Of a stretch of DNA of 64,000 nt, positions 19,914 to 30,578 are shown in pieces; positions within the stretch are counted from its first letter, which is position 1; each line of letters begins with the position of its first letter. The position numbers and the translations under genes were made by a program. Source of the stretch: a bacterium (GTDB taxonomy: Bacteria; UBA8248); assembly GCA_963692865.2 (NCBI GenBank), contig OY843592.1, positions 448,001-512,000 on the forward strand, read 5' to 3'. The notes under the pieces were generated by a model. It worked only from the letters and a program-made list of their open reading frames with translations, had not been told where the DNA came from and searched no databases.

Positions 19914-20915
19914 CTAGTTGCTGCCCAACGCGAGGCCGAGAGCGCCGAGGTCCTGCTTGGCGATGACCGCGTTCACGGGGAAAAACCCGGCCTTGATGAC
20001 GGCCTTCTGACCTTCCTTCGAGAAGATGTACTTGACGAACTGGGCCCTCAGGGGGTCGAGCGCCTGGTTCGGGTTCTTGTTGACGTAGATGTAGAGGAAA
20101 CGCGCGATCGGGTAGTTGCCCGAATAGGCGTTCTTCGCTTCGGGGCCGTAGCATTTCTGGCCTGTCTTATTGGACACCGGAAGCGCGATGACGTCCGCAG
20201 TCTTATATCCGATGCCCGAGTAGCCGAGGGCGAACTTGTCGGAAGCCACGCCCTGCACCACCGCCGAGGAACCGGGCTGCTCTTTGACGGAGTCCTTGTA
20301 GTCACCCTTGTAGAGGGCCACTTTCTTGAAATATCCATAGGTGCCCGAAGCCGAGTTGCGGCCATACACGGAAATCGGCTTGCTCGCCCACATGCCTTTT
20401 AGACCAACCTGGCCCCACGTGGCCAAGTCGGACTTCATGCCGCCCTTGCGGGTTTTCGAAAAAATGGCGTCGACCTGCGGGAGGCTCAGGCACTTGAGGG
20501 GATTGTCCTTGTTCGTGAAGACGGCCAGGGCGTCCACGGCGACGCGGATGCGGCCGGGCTTGTAGCCGAACTTCTTCTCGAATGCGTCCATTTCTTTCGA
20601 CTTCATGGCGCGCGACATCGGGCCGAAGTTCGAGGTGCCGGCGATGAGCGCCGGAGGAGCCGTGGAGGAGCCTTTGCCCTCGATCTCGATCTTCACGTCC
20701 GGGTAGGAGCGCCTGAAGCCTTCGGCCCAGAGCGTCATGAGGTTGTTCAGCGTATCCGAGCCGACGGACTTCACGTTGCCGGAAACGCCGCTGGTCGCCT
20801 TGTAGGAGGGCAATTTCTCGTCCACCATCAGGGCCGCGCCGGCGGGCTGCGCTGCGAGCGCGAGGCCAAAAGCAGCGACAACGGCCAAGCCGCAAATCTC
20901 GGAAAACCTGCTCAT
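19914..20915 (-). CDS. pstS: Phosphate-binding protein PstS
   Basis: SVGSDTL, EGKGSSTAPPAL, GRNSASGTYGYF, YSGIGY. Confidence 0.95.
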   Translation of the reverse strand: MSRFSEICGLAVVAAFGLALAAQPAGAALMVDEKLPSYKATSGVSGNVKSVGSDTLNNLMTLWAEGFRRSYPDVKIEIEGKGSSTAPPALIAGTSNFGPMSRAMKSKEMDAFEKKFGYKPGRIRVAVDALAVFTNKDNPLKCLSLPQVDAIFSKTRKGGMKSDLATWGQVGLKGMWASKPISVYGRNSASGTYGYFKKVALYKGDYKDSVKEQPGSSAVVQGVASDKFALGYSGIGYKTADVIALPVSNKTGQKCYGPEAKNAYSGNYPIARFLYIYVNKNPNQALDPLRAQFVKYIFSKEGQKAVIKAGFFPVNAVIAKQDLGALGLALGSN

Positions 20916-20968
20916 TCTTGCTTCCTTTTTGGGGCGGTTTGAAACTACAGGAAAAGTTGAAGGACTTT

Positions 20969-20997
20969 GTTATATTCCGGTGACAAAACGGTGAACA
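20969..20997 (-). promoter_or_regulatory. Pho box array, proximal to pstS
   Basis: Minus strand TGTTCAC-n4-TTGTCAC-n4-ATATAAC; three half-sites at 11-bp period. Confidence 0.7.
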
Positions 20998-21198
20998 TAC
21001 CGAGACACGGCCGTTCTCCACCTGATGTCGGGCGAATCTTTACCTTCTCCGCATTCTCCATGGACTGCCTGCATCTGCGCCCGGCGCATCTCGTCGCCTT
21101 TTCAGGAGGCTGCGCTTCGGTAACCGTGAGTGGAAACACCCCATCCCGCGACCGCTCTCCGAACGAGGTGGAATATAGGAAAAAAAGGAGCCGGAAAT

Positions 21199-21227
21199 GT
21201 TACAAAAGGATGACAATCACATGACTT
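21199..21227 (-). promoter_or_regulatory. Pho box array, distal
   Basis: Minus strand AAGTCAT-n4-TTGTCAT-n4-TTGTAAC; 11-bp period matching CTGTCAT repeats. Confidence 0.75.
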
Positions 21228-21338
21228 TTTGGACAATTCCAGGCGTCAAAATATCGTCTTTCCATGACCCGTTGAAAAGACGTAAGGCGCAGAATCGCTC
21301 CCGATGCATCGGACATGAACAAAGAAACCCGACAAGAG

Positions 21339-21733
21339 GGGGTTGTTGAAAAAGCCTCCCCTGATGAGGGAGAGAGAACAAAGCCCCCTGACAAGGGGGG
21401 TAAATGCGATGCCACCTGCAATCCCTCCCGCATGGGTCGAGGCCATCCACACAGCCGTCATTCCGGCGAATGCCGGAATCCAGAACAGGGGAGAGAGAAG
21501 ATGCGGTGGTGTTTCATTTCCATTGCCTGAATATCGGATTCGACAGCAAATACCGGAAGGCAAAAACCCTGGATTCCGGCATGCGCCGGAATGACGATCA
21601 AAGCCGAACCGCCTCTTGTAGTGACAGCCCCTCCTCGGGGCTGTCCCACAGGTCGCGACCTTTCCCTACAGGCGCCTCTTCCCGGTTGGTTCTATGCGCC
21701 AAATCATGAAATCAGGATTTTTCCGACAACCCC
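21339..21733. repeat. MITE-like composite: GGGGTTGTTGAAAAA end, internal GTCATTCCGGC..GCCGGAATCC inverted pair (21456-21596), degenerate right end
   Basis: The same modules recur elsewhere in the window. Confidence 0.65.
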
Positions 21734-21753
21734 AGGAAGGGGTGTTTGACCCC

Positions 21754-23529
21754 TCAGGGCGTGGGAACGGTGAAGCGGAAGGTGGAGCCCCGGCCGGGCG
21801 CGCTCTCGACCCAGACGTCTCCGCCCATTTCCTGAACGAGGTGCTTGACGATGGAAAGCCCCAGGCCCGTGCCCCCGTTCTCCCGGGACCGGGCCGAATC
21901 CACCCGGTAGAAGCGCTCGAATATCCGGGGAATGTGCTCGGGGGGGATTCCCTCCCCCCTGTCGGCCACCGAAACCTCGACGAAGCCGTCTTCGCGCAAA
22001 CGCCCCGAAACGGTGATCTCGCTTCCCTCGGAACTGTGGTTCACCCCGTTTTCGGCCAGATTGATGAGAATTCTCTCCAGCGCCGCCGGGTCCGCCCGGA
22101 CGTGGTCGGCTTCTTCGGGAATTTCCATATCCAGGCGAACACCCCTTTTTTCGACGGCCGGCGCCAGCGTGTGCGCGACCGAGTCCATCGCGTTTCGCAT
22201 GGAAACCTCTTCTGGCCGGACATGCTCTTGCTTGGATTCTATCCTGCCCAACTCGAGAAGGTCCTCCACCAGCGCCGAGAGGCGCCGCGCGTGCCGGTTG
22301 ATGGTCGAGGCGAACCGGCGCGTCGCCTCGGGGTCGGAGCCAGTCGTCACCTCAAGGGTCTGGGAGGCCCACTGTATGGCCGTCAGGGGCGTGCGCAACT
22401 CGTGGGAGACGTTGGCGGTGAACTCCCGCCGCATTCCCGCGAGCCGCTTGACCTCGGAGACGTCGTGAAACACCAGAACGAGGTTCGACTCCCCCTCCGC
22501 CCTCGCGCGCTCGGCGTGCAGGGTCAGCGTACGCGCGGGGAGTACCTCCACCTCGCGCTCCAATCGTGCGGCCGGGCGCGTCAGCATATCACGCACCGCT
22601 TCCTGCACCTCGGTGGAGCGCACGGCTTCCAAAGGAATCGGCGCGCCGTCCTCGAATTCGGGCAGAGAGGGAAAGAACTCCCGGAACGCGGAGTTCACGA
22701 GAAGGATGTCTCCCGCAGCGTTCGTGACCATGACGCCCTCGGCCATTCCCTCGAGAATCGCCTCGAGCCTGTCGCGCTCGTTGCGCAACTCGTCGAGATG
22801 GGCCTCCACTTCCGAAGCGAGCACGTCCATCGTTCTGGCGAGTTCGCCCAACTCGTCCTGACGCCTCGAAGCGATGCGGTGGCTGAAATCGCCGCGGGAA
22901 ATCTTCGCGACCGCCTCATAGATTTCATCGAACCCCCGGCGCACGATCACGCCCGCCCCGAAGCTGACCGCGATAGCGAGCAAGAACGCCAAGGCGCAGG
23001 TCACGAGGAGAAGGCCCCGCATCTTGCCGATCGTCTGCTCGATTTCCCTCAAGCTCATGGCCAGGCGAATCACGCCGCCCGAAAACGGGCCGGCGTCAAT
23101 CGGCAGGGCCAGATAGAGCAGGGCTCCGTCCCCCCTCGAACTCTCCCGAACGCTCGAGCCGATCCCCTTTTCTCTCGCCGCGACGACCTCGGGCCGCTCG
23201 GCCCGGCTACCCAGGTCCGCGGCTGCGCCCGGAGCGACGCCCGAATCCGCGAGCAAGCGCCCCGAGGCGGATATGACCGTCACGCGCACGCCGAGCGCGC
23301 GGCCGATTTCATCGGCGAGTTCATCCATTCGATGACTTCGCCGGCTCTCCGAGACCGAGGAAACCAACTGGCGGCGCGCGAGGCGCGCGTTGCGGGCCAG
23401 GTTCTCCTCCGCCTGTTCCATCAACTGGGCGGAGAGACCGAAATGGAGATAGATCATCCCCGCCGTGAACACCACGGTGATGACCACCAGATAGCTCGCC
23501 GTAAGCTTCTTGTAGAACGACCTTCGCAT
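21754..23529 (-). CDS. phoR: Phosphate regulon sensor histidine kinase
   Basis: HAMP-PAS-HisKA (FTANVSHELRTPLT)-HATPase (RIFERFYRVD, GGTGLGLSIVKH); next to pst genes. Confidence 0.9.
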   Translation of the reverse strand: MRRSFYKKLTASYLVVITVVFTAGMIYLHFGLSAQLMEQAEENLARNARLARRQLVSSVSESRRSHRMDELADEIGRALGVRVTVISASGRLLADSGVAPGAAADLGSRAERPEVVAAREKGIGSSVRESSRGDGALLYLALPIDAGPFSGGVIRLAMSLREIEQTIGKMRGLLLVTCALAFLLAIAVSFGAGVIVRRGFDEIYEAVAKISRGDFSHRIASRRQDELGELARTMDVLASEVEAHLDELRNERDRLEAILEGMAEGVMVTNAAGDILLVNSAFREFFPSLPEFEDGAPIPLEAVRSTEVQEAVRDMLTRPAARLEREVEVLPARTLTLHAERARAEGESNLVLVFHDVSEVKRLAGMRREFTANVSHELRTPLTAIQWASQTLEVTTGSDPEATRRFASTINRHARRLSALVEDLLELGRIESKQEHVRPEEVSMRNAMDSVAHTLAPAVEKRGVRLDMEIPEEADHVRADPAALERILINLAENGVNHSSEGSEITVSGRLREDGFVEVSVADRGEGIPPEHIPRIFERFYRVDSARSRENGGTGLGLSIVKHLVQEMGGDVWVESAPGRGSTFRFTVPTP

Positions 23530-23559
23530 ATGCGGGTTTCCCCCGGGCGTCGGGGAGAA

Positions 23560-24252
23560 TCACTCTTCGGGCATTTTCCGGAACCGGTACCCCACGCCCC
23601 GAAGCGTCTGGATCATCTCCCCCGCCGGGCCGAGCTTCTCCCGGAGGCGGCGGATGTACGTGTCCACGGTGCGGGGGGTGACGAATTTGTCTTCTCCCCA
23701 GATAATGTCGAGCAACTCGTCACGATTCCGGGCATGCCCCGGGTGAGCCGCCAAATGGTGCAGAAGGCGGAATTCCGTCGCCGTCAAGGATAGCTGGCGC
23801 CCATCCACCGCCGCTTCGTGCTGCTCGGGGTCGATGGCGAGCGGCCCGCGCCGGAGCGCCTTGTTCCCGACCGGCGTTGTGCTCGAACGCGCGAGCACCG
23901 CTCTCACCCGCAGGACCGTCTCCCGGATGTTGAAGGGTTTCGTCACGTAGTCGTCCGCGCCCAACTCGAAACCGACGATGCGATCCACCTCCTCGCCCTT
24001 GGCGGTCAGCATGATGACGGGCAGCCGGCTCAAATTGGAATCGCGGCGTATGTAGCGGCAAATCTCGAGGCCGGAAACATCGGGAAGCATCAGATCGAGA
24101 ACGACCAGTTGGACCGGCTCGCTCCTGAGCGCGCGAAGGGCTTCCTCTCCGTTGGCCGCGCCCACGACCTCGAATCCTTCCAACTCGAGGTTGTAGGTGA
24201 GGAGTTCTCGAATATCGGTCTCGTCTTCGATGATGAGAACCTTTTGCGCCAA
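23560..24252 (-). CDS. phoB: OmpR-family response regulator PhoB/PhoP
   Basis: LDLMLP, GADDYVTKPF, RTVDTYIRRLREKLG, TLRGVGY; TTG start. Confidence 0.88.
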   Translation of the reverse strand: MAQKVLIIEDETDIRELLTYNLELEGFEVVGAANGEEALRALRSEPVQLVVLDLMLPDVSGLEICRYIRRDSNLSRLPVIMLTAKGEEVDRIVGFELGADDYVTKPFNIRETVLRVRAVLARSSTTPVGNKALRRGPLAIDPEQHEAAVDGRQLSLTATEFRLLHHLAAHPGHARNRDELLDIIWGEDKFVTPRTVDTYIRRLREKLGPAGEMIQTLRGVGYRFRKMPEE

Positions 24253-24504
24253 TGCCGTCCCTGCCGTTATTCCGGGCGTCCGCTCCGTTTGAACGACGCC
24301 TCCGCCGAGAATTCATCTCCAGGCAAATGTAGCATACGAGCAAACAGGAATCATCGCGCGCTCCGCCGCCCGGCTTTGAGAGTCAGGGTTGAAAAAAATA
24401 ATAAACCCGCGCATAATTTACGCATAGAGCAAAACTTCTGCCGCATCGTCTAATTTGTTCGGGATGATGTACGTTATCCATTCGATTTGAAGGGGATAAT
24501 CGCG

Positions 24505-25578
24505 GTGGCTTCCATTTCGCTTCAAAACCTGGTCAAAAAATTCGGTGAAACCGTCACAGCGGTCGCGGGCGTCGACCTCGATGTGAGCGACGGCGAGTTC
24601 ATGGTGGTGGTCGGGCCTTCGGGCTGCGGAAAAACGACCACGCTCAACATGATCTCCGGTTTCGAGGAACCCACGAGCGGCACGATGACGATCGGCGACC
24701 GCGTGGTGAACCACCTCGAACCCGGCGACCGCGGCCTGGGAATGGTGTTCCAGGACCTCGCCCTGTTCCCCCACATGACCGTCTTCGAGAACATCGCTTT
24801 CGGTTTGCGGGTGGACAAGACGCCCAACGCGGATGTCAAGGAGCGGGTCTCGAAAGTCGCCAAGACCATGAAGATATCCCACCTCCTCACCAAGAAACCC
24901 GCCCAGTGCTCGGGCGGCGAGGCGCAGCGGGTGGCTCTCGCGCGAACGATTATCACGGAACCGCAAGTCCTGCTCATGGACGAGCCGCTCTCCAGCCTGG
25001 ACGCCAAGCTGCGCATCGAGATGCGCACCGAACTCAAGCGCCTCCACGAGGAGCTCAAATCCACCTTCGTCTACGTCACCCACGATCAGGCGGAAGCCAT
25101 GACGATGGCGGATCGAATCATGGTCATGGACCGCGGATACGTTCAGCAGATCGACACCCCTCTCGGCATATACAGAAAACCGACGAACCAGTTCGTCGGC
25201 ACGTTCTTCGGCCAGCCGACGATGAACATCATTCCGGGGCGCGTCGAGAACGGAAGTTCGCCCAGGTTCGTCTCCGAGCACTTCGAGATGAGTTTCGCGC
25301 CGGACTCCGTGCCCGGCTCCGCCATAGGGAAAGAGATCAACCTCGGGGTGCGCTCCGAGAACGTGGCCATAGGAGAGGAAGAAGCGTCGGGCGAGGTGAG
25401 GCTAATCGAACCGCTGGGAGACGAAACGCTGGTGTTCTTCTCCTGCGGCAATGAGGAATTTTTGGTGGCCAAAGTCGACGCCGAGCGCGAGTTCAGCTCC
25501 GGCGATAATATCCGATTCGGTTTTCAACCGGGCGGCATGCATTTTTTCGACGCGGAAAGCGGGGTGCGGCTGGAATAA
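24505..25578 (+). CDS. CUT1-family ABC transporter ATPase (MalK-like)
   Basis: GPSGCGKTT, YVTHDQAEAMTMADRI, C-terminal TOBE-like domain. Confidence 0.93.
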   Translation: MASISLQNLVKKFGETVTAVAGVDLDVSDGEFMVVVGPSGCGKTTTLNMISGFEEPTSGTMTIGDRVVNHLEPGDRGLGMVFQDLALFPHMTVFENIAFGLRVDKTPNADVKERVSKVAKTMKISHLLTKKPAQCSGGEAQRVALARTIITEPQVLLMDEPLSSLDAKLRIEMRTELKRLHEELKSTFVYVTHDQAEAMTMADRIMVMDRGYVQQIDTPLGIYRKPTNQFVGTFFGQPTMNIIPGRVENGSSPRFVSEHFEMSFAPDSVPGSAIGKEINLGVRSENVAIGEEEASGEVRLIEPLGDETLVFFSCGNEEFLVAKVDAEREFSSGDNIRFGFQPGGMHFFDAESGVRLE

Positions 25579-25752
25579 TGCCCGCGACGCGACAGGAGGC
25601 GCGAAAAACAAGAACCTCGAAGATACGGCATCATATGGAAGCTGCAATGTTGATGGAGATGGAAACAGCTTGATCTCGGAGTTTTATGTTCGACCTCGGC
25701 GATTCGGAAACAAGGCATCGCCTTTCCAAACACGCAGGGAGGAGGAATCGAG

Positions 25753-27228
25753 ATGAAGAGAATGTTTCTCGCAACACTGATTCTGATTGGCTTTACGGTT
25801 TTCGTGGCGTCAACGGCCATCGCCGCCAAGGTGCACCCCGGCAAGACGGTCGAGGAGCGCGCCATCAACGGAGCGAAAGCGTACATCAAGAAGCATAATC
25901 TGAAGAACCCGAAACAGACCATGCTTCTGATCTCGCTCTTCAAAAACTCCCAGCCGAAATACCTGAGGCAATGGAAGAAGCTCACCGGCGTCGAGATGGG
26001 CTCTATCCAGTACGGCTACACCGACATCCCCGCCAAAATCATGGCCGAAGCCGTGGCGAAAACGGGGCAGTACGACGTGATCAACCACTTCCCCTACGTC
26101 ATTCCCGACGCGGTGGGCGCGGGCACGCTCCAGCCGCTCGACGCCTACATGGCGAAGGGGAAACCCGATTTCACGGGCATCGATTCAGGATTGCTGGCGC
26201 AGCAAAGTTACAAGGGGAAAACCTACTGGTTCATCCTCGACGGCGACCACATCGCGCTTTTCCTGCGCTCGGACATCATGAAGGCGGCCGCGAAGGAGTA
26301 CAAGGCCAAGTTCGGCAAGGCGCCGGGGTGTCCCGACACGATGGCCGAGTGGGAGCAGATGGCCAAGTTCTTCCACACGAAAAAGGGCCAGACCCGCTGG
26401 GGCATGAAGTTCGACCAGCCGCTCTACGGCGCGCAGGCCTACCGGAGCATCAACTTCTCCTACAGGCATTTCCCGGCTTATATGGGCGGACTGCTCTTCG
26501 ACAAGAACATGAACCCCACCATCAACTCGCCGAACGGCATCCGGGCGATCAAGGAATTCACCTCCATCGTCAAATACATGCCGCCGGACGTGCAGGGCTG
26601 GGGAACGCCGCAACTCTATCCTCACTGGGGTAGCGGACGGGCCTTCTCGTTCATGTCCTTCCCCTCGGCGATGGGCTACGCCAACCGCAACCCGAAGAGC
26701 AAGATCAGCGGTAAGCAGTTGGCTTGCCCCGTTCCCGCCGTGAAAGGCGCGGGCGGCAAGATGGTGCGCCGCGCTCCGCAGGCGGCCGGCACCGGCTACA
26801 TGGTGAACGCGCACAGCAAACACCCCGAGCTCGCCTACTACTTCATCCAGTGGTTCACGGGCCCGACCCAGGGCGACATCGCCATCGCCGACCCCGCCGG
26901 CTTCTGGGACCCGATGCGCATGTCGAACCTGACGAACAAGGCCGTGCTCGCCAAGCACACCGAGCCCTTCGTCAAGATGACGATGAAGAACGCGAAAAAC
27001 GCCATCTCGCTGCTCATGATCGAGGGCAACTACGAGTACTTCAACGTGCTCGACAAGAACATGGCGCAGGTCATGCAGGGCAACATCTCCGCCGCGCAGG
27101 CGGCGAAGAACGTCGAGAAAGGCTGGAACAACATCACCGACGACATCGGTCGGAAAGAACAGATCGCGGCTTGGAGAGCGAGCGTCGCCAGCGGCGCGTA
27201 CATCGACAAGTTCGCGCCGACCAACTAA
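25753..27228 (+). CDS. ABC transporter extracellular solute-binding protein (family 1)
   Basis: Signal peptide, GGAGG RBS, located within the ABC operon. Confidence 0.88.
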   Translation: MKRMFLATLILIGFTVFVASTAIAAKVHPGKTVEERAINGAKAYIKKHNLKNPKQTMLLISLFKNSQPKYLRQWKKLTGVEMGSIQYGYTDIPAKIMAEAVAKTGQYDVINHFPYVIPDAVGAGTLQPLDAYMAKGKPDFTGIDSGLLAQQSYKGKTYWFILDGDHIALFLRSDIMKAAAKEYKAKFGKAPGCPDTMAEWEQMAKFFHTKKGQTRWGMKFDQPLYGAQAYRSINFSYRHFPAYMGGLLFDKNMNPTINSPNGIRAIKEFTSIVKYMPPDVQGWGTPQLYPHWGSGRAFSFMSFPSAMGYANRNPKSKISGKQLACPVPAVKGAGGKMVRRAPQAAGTGYMVNAHSKHPELAYYFIQWFTGPTQGDIAIADPAGFWDPMRMSNLTNKAVLAKHTEPFVKMTMKNAKNAISLLMIEGNYEYFNVLDKNMAQVMQGNISAAQAAKNVEKGWNNITDDIGRKEQIAAWRASVASGAYIDKFAPTN

Positions 27229-27320
27229 TCACCGCGCCTAAAGAGCGCCCGCTCCGGCGTCGAAACCGGGGCGGGCGCACAGCGCGATACGCTTTAATTA
27301 AGAGTTAAGACGAAGACACG

Positions 27321-28274
27321 ATGGCCCAAGCATCGACGACAAAAGAACGCAAGAGTCTCTCCGCCTGGTTGTCGCAGGAGAAGGTTTTCCGCCTGATTCC
27401 GTTCATCATGGTGGAGGCGACCTTCCTCCTGCTCCTCGCCGTTCCGTTTATTCTCACCATCTACATCAGCCTTCTCAAATGGCGCGCCAACCGTCCGTTC
27501 GAGCAGGCCTATTTTCACGGCTTGTTGAACTACGTCCGCGTCCTCACCACCGAAGATTTCTGGTGGGCGCTCGGGCGGACTTTCTACTTCGCGGGAACGG
27601 CGGTCTTACTCGAGCTGCTCTTCGGTTTTCTTCTCGCCATGCTGGCCTATAAGCAATTCCGGGGGAGGCGTATCTACATCACCATTTTCCTGGTCCCCAT
27701 GATGGTGGTGCCGGTCGTGGGGGGCTACAACTTTTCGATGATCTACATCGACTCGGGGCCCCTCAACCAGATTCTGTCTCCGATCACCGAAGCCATGGGC
27801 GTAAACCCGCGCATCCGCTGGCTCTCGCACCCCATCGCCGCGCAGTGGGCGATCATCCTCGCCGACGTATGGCAGTGGACGTCGCTCACGTTCCTGATAT
27901 TTCTCTCGGGCTTCGCCGCGCTTCCGCAGCAACTCACCAACGCCGCGCGCGTTCTGGGAGCGAGCAGGTGGCAGATATTCTGGAAAGTCCACTTCCCGCT
28001 GCTTAAGCCCGCGATCATGATCGCCGTCATCATTCGTTCGATGGAGGCGCTCAAGCTGTTCGATCTGTCCGTGCTGCTCACCTTCGGCGGGCCGGGCACT
28101 TCGACTGAAACCATCGCTTTCTTCCTCTGGCGGCAGGTGTGGCAGTTCAACAAGTACAGCTTCGGCGCGGCCGCCTCGATTCTGTTGCTCTTCATGTTCG
28201 GAACACTCATCTTCTACGGCATTTATCTGCTCGTGCGGGAACGGTCCATCGTCGAAGAGGAGCGAATGAGATGA
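27321..28274 (+). CDS. ABC transporter permease (MalF-like)
   Basis: ADVWQWT, EAA loop AARVLGASRWQIF, GGPGTSTET. Confidence 0.92.
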   Translation: MAQASTTKERKSLSAWLSQEKVFRLIPFIMVEATFLLLLAVPFILTIYISLLKWRANRPFEQAYFHGLLNYVRVLTTEDFWWALGRTFYFAGTAVLLELLFGFLLAMLAYKQFRGRRIYITIFLVPMMVVPVVGGYNFSMIYIDSGPLNQILSPITEAMGVNPRIRWLSHPIAAQWAIILADVWQWTSLTFLIFLSGFAALPQQLTNAARVLGASRWQIFWKVHFPLLKPAIMIAVIIRSMEALKLFDLSVLLTFGGPGTSTETIAFFLWRQVWQFNKYSFGAAASILLLFMFGTLIFYGIYLLVRERSIVEEERMR

Positions 28275-29239
28275 CGAACGACGCGAGTAAGCGCGTGGAA
28301 ATGTCCTTCGCCAAGCGCTACAACCTCTTCTTCTGGTTCCGCCACGCCGCGCTAATCGGCTGGGCGAGCATGATCATGTTCCCGATCTTCTGGATGATAT
28401 CGACTTCCTTCAAGGATTCGGGCGATTGGGTGGCCTGGCCGCCGAACTGGTTCCCGTCCTTCGTCGGCGGGGGATACGAACCCACCCTGCACAACTACCG
28501 GCAGATTTTCAGCATAGTCGGGCACGGCGAAGGCCTCAGCCGCGAATACGCCGAACAGGCTTTCACGATCTGGGGAGCGGTGCGCGATTCGATGGTCGTA
28601 TCCTCCATCAGCGCGCTGATCGCGCTCCTGCTGGGCACGTTTCTGGCCTACTCGATTTCGCGCTTCAACGTGGGCGGAAAGTATTTCCGCTACATGATCC
28701 TGACCATCCGCATGGTCCCGCCCATCATCATCGCGATTCCCGTCGTGATGTATTACGCCATCCTGATTCCGTTCGCGACCCAGACGGTTCTCAACTATCG
28801 GTTCAGCCTGATCGACTCCTACACCGGCTTGTGCCTCCTCTACATAGCGACCACGCTGCCCTTCGTCATCTGGATGATGCTGAACTTCATCGAGGAGATT
28901 CCCAAGACCATCGAACACGCCGCGCAAATCATGGGCGCGGGGCGCATCTACACGCTGCGCCGCGTCGTGATGCCCCTGGTCGCTCCGGGCATGGTGGTGA
29001 CATTTCTCTTCATCTTCATCCTGAACTGGAGCGAGTTCCTGCTCGCGTTGACGCTGACCCAGCCGAGAGTCATCACGCTGCCCATCCTGCTCAACAAGTT
29101 CCAGAGCGCGATGGAGGGCAGGCTCTACGGGCCGCAGGCCGCGATCGGGACGGTCATCACCATCCCCGTGGTCATCCTCGGCGTCATGATCCAGAAACAC
29201 CTCATCACGGGCTTCAGCTTCGGCACCATCCGCAAGTAG
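28271..29239 (+). CDS. ABC transporter permease (MalG-like), copy 1
   Basis: IPKTIEHAAQIMGA, LNWSEFL; ATGA overlap with the previous gene. Confidence 0.92.
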   Translation: MTNDASKRVEMSFAKRYNLFFWFRHAALIGWASMIMFPIFWMISTSFKDSGDWVAWPPNWFPSFVGGGYEPTLHNYRQIFSIVGHGEGLSREYAEQAFTIWGAVRDSMVVSSISALIALLLGTFLAYSISRFNVGGKYFRYMILTIRMVPPIIIAIPVVMYYAILIPFATQTVLNYRFSLIDSYTGLCLLYIATTLPFVIWMMLNFIEEIPKTIEHAAQIMGAGRIYTLRRVVMPLVAPGMVVTFLFIFILNWSEFLLALTLTQPRVITLPILLNKFQSAMEGRLYGPQAAIGTVITIPVVILGVMIQKHLITGFSFGTIRK

Positions 29240-29330
29240 CGCCTCGCGCAGATGCGGGGGATTCAGAAAACTTTTTTTGACGCTGAATCTGAGCGCGGGA
29301 GCGGTCCATCGCCCGAGAGGAGGGAACGAG

Positions 29331-30299
29331 ATGGCGAACGAGGCCGGCAGGCGCGCGGAGATGTCCTTCGCCAAGCGCTACAACCTCTTCTTCTGGTTCC
29401 GCCACGCCGCGCTTCTGCTCTGGGCGAGCATGATCATGTTCCCGATATTCTGGATGATATCGACTTCCTTCAAGGATTCGGGCGACTGGCTGGCCTGGCC
29501 GCCGAACTGGTTCCCGAGCTTCATCGGCGGGGGATACGAACCCACCCTGGACAACTACCGGCTGATTTTCAGCATGTTCGGACAAGGCGATCGCGTCGAC
29601 CGCGATGTTCTCGAGCATGTCTTCACGATCTGGGGGGCGGTGCGCGATTCGATGGTCGTCTCCTCCACCAGCGCGCTGCTCGCGCTCCTGCTGGGCACGT
29701 TCCTGGCCTACTCGATATCGCGCTTCAACGTGGGCGGAAAGTATTTCCGCTACATGATCCTGACCATCCGCATGGTCCCGCCCATCATCATCGCGATTCC
29801 CGTCGTGATGTACTACGCCATCCTGATTCCGTTCGCGACCCAGACGGTTCTCGGCTACCGGATCAGCCTGATCGACTCCTACACCGGCCTGTGCCTTCTC
29901 TACATAGCGACCACGCTGCCGTTCGTCATCTGGATGATGCTGAACTTCATCGAGGAGATCCCCAAGACCATCGAACACGCCGCGTATATCACGGGCGCGG
30001 GGCGCATCTACACGCTTAGGCGCGTGGTGATGCCCCTGGTCGCGCCCGGCATGGTGGTGACTTTTCTCTTCATCTTCATCCTGAACTGGAGCGAGTTCCT
30101 GCTCGCGCTGACGCTCACCCAGCCGAAGGTCGTCACGCTGCCCATCCTGCTCAACAAGTTCCAGAGCGCGTCGGAGGGCAGGCTCTACGGACCGCAGGCG
30201 GCGATTGGGACGGTCATTACCATCCCTGTGGTTATCCTCGGCGTCCTGATCCAGAAGCACCTCGTCACGGGATTCAGCTTCGGCACCGTCCGCAAGTAG
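29331..30299 (+). CDS. ABC transporter permease (MalG-like), copy 2 (tandem duplicate)
   Basis: Same length as copy 1 (969 bp) and largely identical sequence; GAGGAGG RBS. Confidence 0.92.
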   Translation: MANEAGRRAEMSFAKRYNLFFWFRHAALLLWASMIMFPIFWMISTSFKDSGDWLAWPPNWFPSFIGGGYEPTLDNYRLIFSMFGQGDRVDRDVLEHVFTIWGAVRDSMVVSSTSALLALLLGTFLAYSISRFNVGGKYFRYMILTIRMVPPIIIAIPVVMYYAILIPFATQTVLGYRISLIDSYTGLCLLYIATTLPFVIWMMLNFIEEIPKTIEHAAYITGAGRIYTLRRVVMPLVAPGMVVTFLFIFILNWSEFLLALTLTQPKVVTLPILLNKFQSASEGRLYGPQAAIGTVITIPVVILGVLIQKHLVTGFSFGTVRK

Positions 30300-30578
30300 C
30301 GCCTCGCGCAGATGCGGGGAATTGCGGGCTGATGCAGGCTCGAGGCCTCTTTTGAAAAGAAAAGACTGCGGTTTCATACGGGGACATACCCGCACGTTCG
30401 CCCGGCGGCCGCGAACCACAGGAGCTCCCACCCGGTTTTCGCCGAGGGGGTTCGTGATTTCCCGAATACGGGCGGACTTTGCGGGTAACACGATTCGGGG
30501 CCGCCCCGGTTGCGCGGGGCGCATCCACGTCGAATCCATCCCTCTGCGCCGTTTCGACGCCGCCGGGCGCGCATCCTC

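Noticed and set aside
21694-23793. 699-aa plus-strand ORF (likewise 5014..6849, 2640..4010, 52480..54474)
   Set aside because: Antisense shadows of well-supported genes.
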